From a virus, in the IMG/VR virus record IMGVR_UViG_3300010342_001192, positions 1-24,830 of that record: a DNA stretch of 24,830 nt, one strand, 5' to 3'. Each line of letters begins with the position of its first letter. Positions within the stretch are counted from its first letter, which is position 1. Shown here in pieces: positions 23,952-24,830 of the stretch. Below the pieces are notes generated by a model. The model was not told the DNA's origin. It saw nothing but the letters and a program-made list of their open reading frames with translations, and searched no databases. Made by a program: the position numbers and the translations under genes.

Positions 23952-24830
23952 ATGAGCAACAATAGAATAACACCTTTTGTTAAAAGAATGAGAACTTCGG
24001 GCGGGACGATTTACCTCTTTAGTTCTGCGACAGAAGATATTGGTCTAAACATTAACGAGAAAAATAATGATGTTAGAATTTCTCATTTTGCCCTTTTAAA
24101 TATACCTAGCATTCAAAACCCATCAAATATAAATGAAAATCGTTTCAATTTATATGCAATAGATGGTGCTTTGGAATATGCTAACGCAGGAGATATAAAA
24201 GATGGCCGAGTTCTTATAGCTGAAAGTTTCCAAAACTATGCTTTGAACTTTGAAGCAAATCTTCTCAATCAAGCTACTTATGATGCAACTCTTCAAAGAA
24301 CTGTATCTGAAAGAGTATTTTGGAAATGGTTAAAGGAAACTGGTGCTATTCGTTGGGCAAATCCTTCTAATGGATATTGGATGGAAGCAGAAGATTCCGA
24401 TGGATCTCTTGGTTATAATACTGTTGTAAAATATGTAGGATTAGTAAGTGCAGGAAATGTTCGCTCTGATTCCTTTGGAACTTATAATGAAACCTATATT
24501 ATGGTTCCCACCTCTCATGGACAAATGGAAGCTTATTTCGAGCAAACAGAGGATACTAACTATTATCATGGAATGGAAATTGGGGGACTTGGAGAAAATA
24601 TTCTCGGAAGAGAAACCTGGCTTCAGCCTCATCCAGATGGATTAAGTTATAGAGGATTTTATGATTTTGTTGATTCCTCAACTCAGGTAGGATCTAATTC
24701 ATATCTTTTATATTATGATGCTTCTCCTGGTTGGTGGTATACTGCAGAAGGTCGCGAGCCTCTTCAGAAAAAGACCTATATGACTGATACATCTGCTTAT
24801 TTAACTACAGGAATTTATGATGTGTCATTA
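23952..24830 (+). CDS. Probable large virion structural protein (5' part; runs off window; absent from ORF track)
   Basis: Hand translation gives 293 open codons from ATG 23952 (MSNNRITPFVKRMRTSGGTIYLFSSATED...ESFQNYALNFE...SERVFWKWLKETGAIRW); same late operon as the 206 aa gene. Confidence 0.6.
   Translation, partial: MSNNRITPFVKRMRTSGGTIYLFSSATEDIGLNINEKNNDVRISHFALLNIPSIQNPSNINENRFNLYAIDGALEYANAGDIKDGRVLIAESFQNYALNFEANLLNQATYDATLQRTVSERVFWKWLKETGAIRWANPSNGYWMEAEDSDGSLGYNTVVKYVGLVSAGNVRSDSFGTYNETYIMVPTSHGQMEAYFEQTEDTNYYHGMEIGGLGENILGRETWLQPHPDGLSYRGFYDFVDSSTQVGSNSYLLYYDASPGWWYTAEGREPLQKKTYMTDTSAYLTTGIYDVSL

Noticed and set aside
5510-24645. Short track ORFs 5510+, 5632+, 6387-, 6777-, 9933+, 10036-, 15779-, 20286+, 21607+, 21979+, 24441- and 24448+
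   Set aside because: All are antisense or alternate-frame shadows of longer, motif-bearing genes; 15779- simply reads the GQ repeat out of frame.
1-24830. Stop-codon reassignment as in some jumbo phages
   Set aside because: Genes are full length in code 11; TAA, TGA and TAG (lysozyme) all end genes at sensible junctions.
1-24830. tRNA, rRNA or structured ncRNA genes
   Set aside because: Intergenic gaps are at most about 140 nt, very AT-rich, and show only terminator hairpins.

Overview
AT-rich, gene-dense segment of a large myovirus-like (T4-like/jumbo) phage, read in the standard code 11. Indirect evidence points to a Bacteroidota host: a TAnnTTTG promoter, A-rich leaders without Shine-Dalgarno sites, and a Bacteroidota-like S1. 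Recognisable genes: gp6-like and gp25-like baseplate genes and a further truncated baseplate/tail gene (left), Hsp20, a GH24 lysozyme, a MoxR-type AAA+ ATPase with a DUF2201-type metallopeptidase/vWA partner, an ankyrin protein, LRR-like solenoid proteins, a GIY-YIG/NUMOD3 homing endonuclease, a gp13-like neck protein, a degenerate amidoligase-like protein, a ribosomal protein S1 homologue and two probable structural genes (right). The main unexplained signal is a 14-residue peptide, F-x-R-G-x-D-P-K-x-A/S-L/M/I-x-I-G, present 18 times: 17 full-length copies without indels plus one truncated copy. It sits at the start of mostly unrelated proteins and inside fused multi-module proteins. Each copy either follows the initiator Met (short class, one contiguous cluster behind a host-type promoter) or follows a hydrophobic-x-Glu site resembling a prohead-protease cleavage site (long class, including all internal copies). 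This suggests an undescribed N-terminal targeting or packaging tag on a variable cargo library, with processed polyproteins and possibly an AAA+/vWA handler. That function is inference; no database search or alignment was run.
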